DNA of 64,000 bases from an uncultured Rhodospirillaceae bacterium (lineage in GTDB: Bacteria > Pseudomonadota > Alphaproteobacteria > JAEUKQ01). A program made the translations under genes and the position numbers. Shown here piece by piece: positions 60,671-64,000 of this stretch (its first letter is position 1; every line of letters starts with the position of its first letter). The notes beneath the pieces were generated by a model, which saw only the letters and a program-made list of their open reading frames with translations, was not told where the DNA came from and searched no databases. The stretch lies in contig CAYPXH010000002.1 of assembly GCA_964414755.1 (NCBI GenBank), forward strand, positions 38,696 through 102,695, written 5' to 3'.

Positions 60671-61750
60671 TTAAGCTTTTAAAACCCCACGACGAATCTG
60701 GTCTTGTTCCATGGATTCAAACAATGCCCGGAAATTTCCTTCACCAAACCCCTCATCGCCCTTCCGCTGGATAATCTCAAAGAAAATAGGGCCAATAACA
60801 GTTTCCGTAAAAATTTGTAAAAGCAATCCACCAGCCGGTGATCCATCAATCAGCAAAGCATTTTTCTGCAAGCGGGCAACATCTTCACCGTGATTTGGTA
60901 ATCTTTTTTGTAACATTTCATAATATGTTGCGGGAGGAGCAGCCAAAAACTTAATTTTGCGCTGACGCAGGCTTTCAACAGTTTTATAGATATTGTCGGT
61001 GGCAAGGGCGATGTGTTGGATTCCTTCGCCTTTATAGAGTTTTAAATATTCCTCAATCTGACTTTTATCATCGGCACTTTCATTGATGGGAATGCGAATT
61101 TTACCACATGGACTGGTCATTGCTTTGGATTTAAGGCCAGTTAACTTCCCTTCAATATCAAAATAGCGAATTTCTCGGAAATTGAACAGTCGTTGATAAA
61201 AATCAGCCCATTTAGCCATATTTCCACGGTATACATTATGGGTTAAGTGGTCAATATAAGCTAATCCCATATCTGGTATGTTAGAAGGAGTTGTTTTGGT
61301 AAAAGACGATTCATAAACATTACCTTTTTTACCATAGCGATCTACAAGGTAAAGATGACTACCGCCAATGCCTTCGATGGCGGGAACATTATCTAAAAGC
61401 GTGGTGCCAGTGGCTATGGGTTTGGCGCCCAATTTTATGCTACGCTGATATGCTTTGTTGGCGTCTTTAACGCGAAATCCGATTGAGGCGCAGCATGGAC
61501 CATGCATGTTAGCAAATTTTTTTGCATGGCTTGATGGATCCTGATTTAAAATAAAATAAATATCGCCCTGTTTATACAATATTATTTTTTTGGTTTTGTG
61601 CAAACCAACACGTGAAAAACCCATCTGCTCGAAAAGGGGCTCTAGTAGTTTACTATCATTTGGTTCTGCGTATTCAACGAATTCAAAACCATCTGTTCCA
61701 GCCGGATTAATAGGGTCAAGATCATAACCGGTGGTTGGTGTTTGGTGCAT
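60671..61750 (-). CDS. hppD: 4-hydroxyphenylpyruvate dioxygenase
   Basis: 360 aa from ATG 61750 (MHQTPTTGYDLDPINPAGTDGFEFVEYA), N-terminal to the upstream-extended ORF. VOC-fold tandem domains. C-terminal FGEGNFRALFESME motif. Confidence 0.85.
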   Translation of the reverse strand: MHQTPTTGYDLDPINPAGTDGFEFVEYAEPNDSKLLEPLFEQMGFSRVGLHKTKKIILYKQGDIYFILNQDPSSHAKKFANMHGPCCASIGFRVKDANKAYQRSIKLGAKPIATGTTLLDNVPAIEGIGGSHLYLVDRYGKKGNVYESSFTKTTPSNIPDMGLAYIDHLTHNVYRGNMAKWADFYQRLFNFREIRYFDIEGKLTGLKSKAMTSPCGKIRIPINESADDKSQIEEYLKLYKGEGIQHIALATDNIYKTVESLRQRKIKFLAAPPATYYEMLQKRLPNHGEDVARLQKNALLIDGSPAGGLLLQIFTETVIGPIFFEIIQRKGDEGFGEGNFRALFESMEQDQIRRGVLKA

Positions 61751-62129
61751 GGTATCCTCAAATAATTTTTCTAGATGCTGATAAACAGGGTTAATTTTAC
61801 GAGAAACTGGATATAGATGTAAAAAGCACAGAAATTCTATAATGGCCGCAGGGTAAAGACAACTATAAAACACAAAATTACTTTATATTATTTTATAAAA
61901 ACTTTATTTTTTGTGACATTTTAGCATCAAGTCGCTAAAAAGCTTGGAAAAACTAATAAAGTCCTTTGACAAATGACTAAGGAATTCGTATATCGGAATC
62001 GCAACTTGCTTTTTTAGGCTATAGTTATAGTAAAGCGAGTTTTTAAGAGTTTGTTAATAAGTGGTTGGTTATAATTCTCGAGTGGGTAAATCAATTATAG
62101 TAGGCTTTAACTAAGAAAGAGGAATAAAC

Positions 62130-62945
62130 ATGAATCAAACTAAATTATTTTTGGCAATGGCTGCTGCTGGGCTTTTAGCCGGTTGTGCAACCAATATAGA
62201 CCAAATGAAAACTGTAAAGCCAAAAGGCGGAAATGAATTCACAGCATCTCTGACAGAAGAATATCGGCAGCTAACAGCCTTAGAGGCCGAGTATGAGCGT
62301 GACTGGATTGACGCAAACACCTGGGCACGTAAAGGCCTTGCTGCATCACGCGGTCAAGCAGTGCAGCCAGAGGAATTAAAAAATTGGCATCTGCCAGCGG
62401 ATAAGGTCAATGAATTAACCCAGGCACGTGCTCGTTTGGTAAGTGCTCTTAATGGTGGCGCAGGTCAGCGTATGCCAAAAGTTGCTGCCCGTGCTCAAGC
62501 CCGTTTCGATTGTTGGGTTGAACAACAAGAAGAGAATCATCAGCCAAAAGACATAGCTGCTTGCCGCGATGGTTTTTATCAAGCCATGGAAGCTTTGGGT
62601 GGACGCTATGTACAACCAGCAGGAAATGTGATTTACTTTCAGTTTAACAGTGCAGATTTAACAGAAGCTGCTCAGAATATCGTTGTAGCATTGGCCAGCG
62701 AAATTAAGCAGAAGAATGCTAAAAACGTAACTGTTGTTGGTCATACGGACTTAAGCGGTCCTGCCTCATACAACATGACCTTATCGCTACGTCGCGCTGA
62801 TGCCGTGCGTAGTGCATTGGTTAATGCCGGTGTGGCACCAGAACAGATTACAACATCTGGTCGTGGTGAAGAACAGCCAGCTGTTCCAACGGAAGACGGT
62901 GTTGCTGATCGTCGCAACCGTCGTGCCGAAGTCTTGATGCAGTAA
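62130..62945 (+). CDS. OmpA-family peptidoglycan-associated lipoprotein
   Basis: 271 aa. Lipobox LLAGC. C-terminal OmpA_C domain (NVTVVGHTDLSGPASYNMTLSLRRADAV). Confidence 0.75.
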   Translation: MNQTKLFLAMAAAGLLAGCATNIDQMKTVKPKGGNEFTASLTEEYRQLTALEAEYERDWIDANTWARKGLAASRGQAVQPEELKNWHLPADKVNELTQARARLVSALNGGAGQRMPKVAARAQARFDCWVEQQEENHQPKDIAACRDGFYQAMEALGGRYVQPAGNVIYFQFNSADLTEAAQNIVVALASEIKQKNAKNVTVVGHTDLSGPASYNMTLSLRRADAVRSALVNAGVAPEQITTSGRGEEQPAVPTEDGVADRRNRRAEVLMQ

Positions 62946-62972
62946 TTTGCCTTATAAGCAAAGAAACAGCAA

Positions 62973-63001
62973 GGGGTGCCACAAATCGGCACCCCTTTTT
63001 T
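62973..63001 (+). terminator. Rho-independent terminator after OmpA-family gene
   Basis: GGGGTGCC-acaaatc-GGCACCCC followed by TTTTTTTAT. Confidence 0.7.
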
Positions 63002-63030
63002 ATATAGTTTTGATCTTAATGTGAATTTCT

Positions 63031-63423
63031 ATGTATACCAAAACGACACGCGCAATTAAGATTACGGTCAAATCCATTTTTTTGGACGAGCGTTCCAGCC
63101 CAGAACAACATAAATTCTTCTGGGCGTATCAGGTGACAATTGAAAATACAGGACAAGAAACTGTAACGTTAAAGAACCGGTATTGGAAGATTATTGATGC
63201 CCATGGGCATCAGGTTGAAGTTGAAGGGGAGGGCGTTATTGGCCAACAACCTACCATAAATCCGGGAATGGTTTTTGAATACACAAGTGGTACCCCTTTA
63301 TCTACACCATCAGGATTTATGGTTGGACGATACGAAATGCATAATTCTTTGGGGGAATCTTTTTCTGTCGATATACCTGCTTTTTCACTTGATAGCCAAC
63401 ATCAACCTAAATCCATTCACTAA
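63031..63423 (+). CDS. apaG: ApaG (DUF525) protein
   Basis: 130 aa. Matches the ApaG beta-sandwich domain across its length (ITVKSIFLDERSSPEQHKFFWAYQVTIENTG, GVIGQQPTINPG). Confidence 0.8.
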   Translation: MYTKTTRAIKITVKSIFLDERSSPEQHKFFWAYQVTIENTGQETVTLKNRYWKIIDAHGHQVEVEGEGVIGQQPTINPGMVFEYTSGTPLSTPSGFMVGRYEMHNSLGESFSVDIPAFSLDSQHQPKSIH

Positions 63424-64000
63424 TGTGATCATTAAGTTTTCTACAACAGGTTTGTATATTTATGAATTTTATTATAAAAAGCTTATAAATAGACATCATC
63501 AATAATCGAGAAACTAAACAGGCTTAAATTATAGTATTTATTAAAAATACATAGAAATATTTGTAATAAATTTGGGAATTTGGTTTAGGGGCTGTTAAGA
63601 ATTAGTCAAAAGGCGTGTGCGAAAAATTAATAGCATGCCAAAGAGTAGTTTTTTGTATTCCTAAAAGAATGTGCATGGCGGTTCAATAATCCAGGCCCCC
63701 AATCGCTACTCCGTCAACTAAAGCCTTTGGTCTAAACTTCATCAACTCTAGTTATTTGATCCAGCCCTAAAAATTATTTAGGGTAGTGGGCCTAAAAAAA
63801 CCTGATCTGGTGGTTGCTACTTGTTAAAATACCGGACACAACTCGCTATAACTGAGACAATAAAGAAATGACACATCTTTTGCTGATTAGATTATAGGCA
63901 AACCCGCTGCCCGTTACCAATTCGTATCGCGTTCTCCATCACCAAGGTTTAATAGAACGTGTTATTTATGTTTTTTATTAAGGTAAAAGCCCTAAAAGAT

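Noticed and set aside
1-64000. CRISPR arrays, rRNA genes, transposase or integrase genes
   Set aside because: No regularly spaced direct repeats, no rRNA-like conserved stretches, and no DDE, serine or tyrosine recombinase ORFs were found on either strand. The only mobile DNA is the two transposase-less miniature elements.

Overview
This 64-kb window is a low-GC (roughly 40%) alphaproteobacterial chromosome segment with Hyphomicrobiales/Rhizobiales-type gene order; I cannot name the genus from sequence alone. Most of it is conserved housekeeping content. There is a 5'-truncated typA and an ampG-like permease. A complete phosphate regulon block follows on the minus strand (phoR, pstS, pstC, pstA, pstB, phoU, phoB), with a textbook Pho box in the 85-bp phoR-pstS spacer. 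Further genes are mutS, murJ, trpS, tsaB-rimI, an Irr-like Fur regulator, the ornithine-lipid operon olsB-olsA fused to a miaB-ybeZ-ybeY-corC-lnt string, metK-trmB, and the rimP-nusA-infB-rbfA-truB-rpsO-pnp superoperon. The rest of the core content is a GDPD phosphodiesterase, an RND efflux pair, a BI-1 protein, hppD, an OmpA-family lipoprotein and apaG. Two tRNA genes, tRNA-Gly(CCC) and tRNA-Leu(CAA), lie on the minus strand near 56-57 kb. There are three accessory regions. (1) A 3.65-kb composite element at 57013..60667 lies just upstream of tRNA-Leu. It is bounded by two copies, in inverse orientation, of a miniature element with 38-bp Tn3-family-type terminal inverted repeats (GGGG...TAAG). 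The whole unit is flanked by identical 5-bp direct repeats (TAATT). It carries a membrane His-box fatty-acid desaturase/hydroxylase, a 2OG-Fe(II) oxygenase and a 4-TM DMT transporter, and no transposase is present in the window. (2) A 2.8-kb AT-rich islet (32.1-34.9 kb) between trmB and rimP holds four co-directional uncharacterized genes, ending next to an sRNA-like hairpin and terminator element. (3) Two tandem paralogous Capsule_synth (KpsS/KpsC-like) genes (45.9-48.8 kb) have no other capsule genes nearby. No CRISPR arrays, rRNA or transposase genes were seen.
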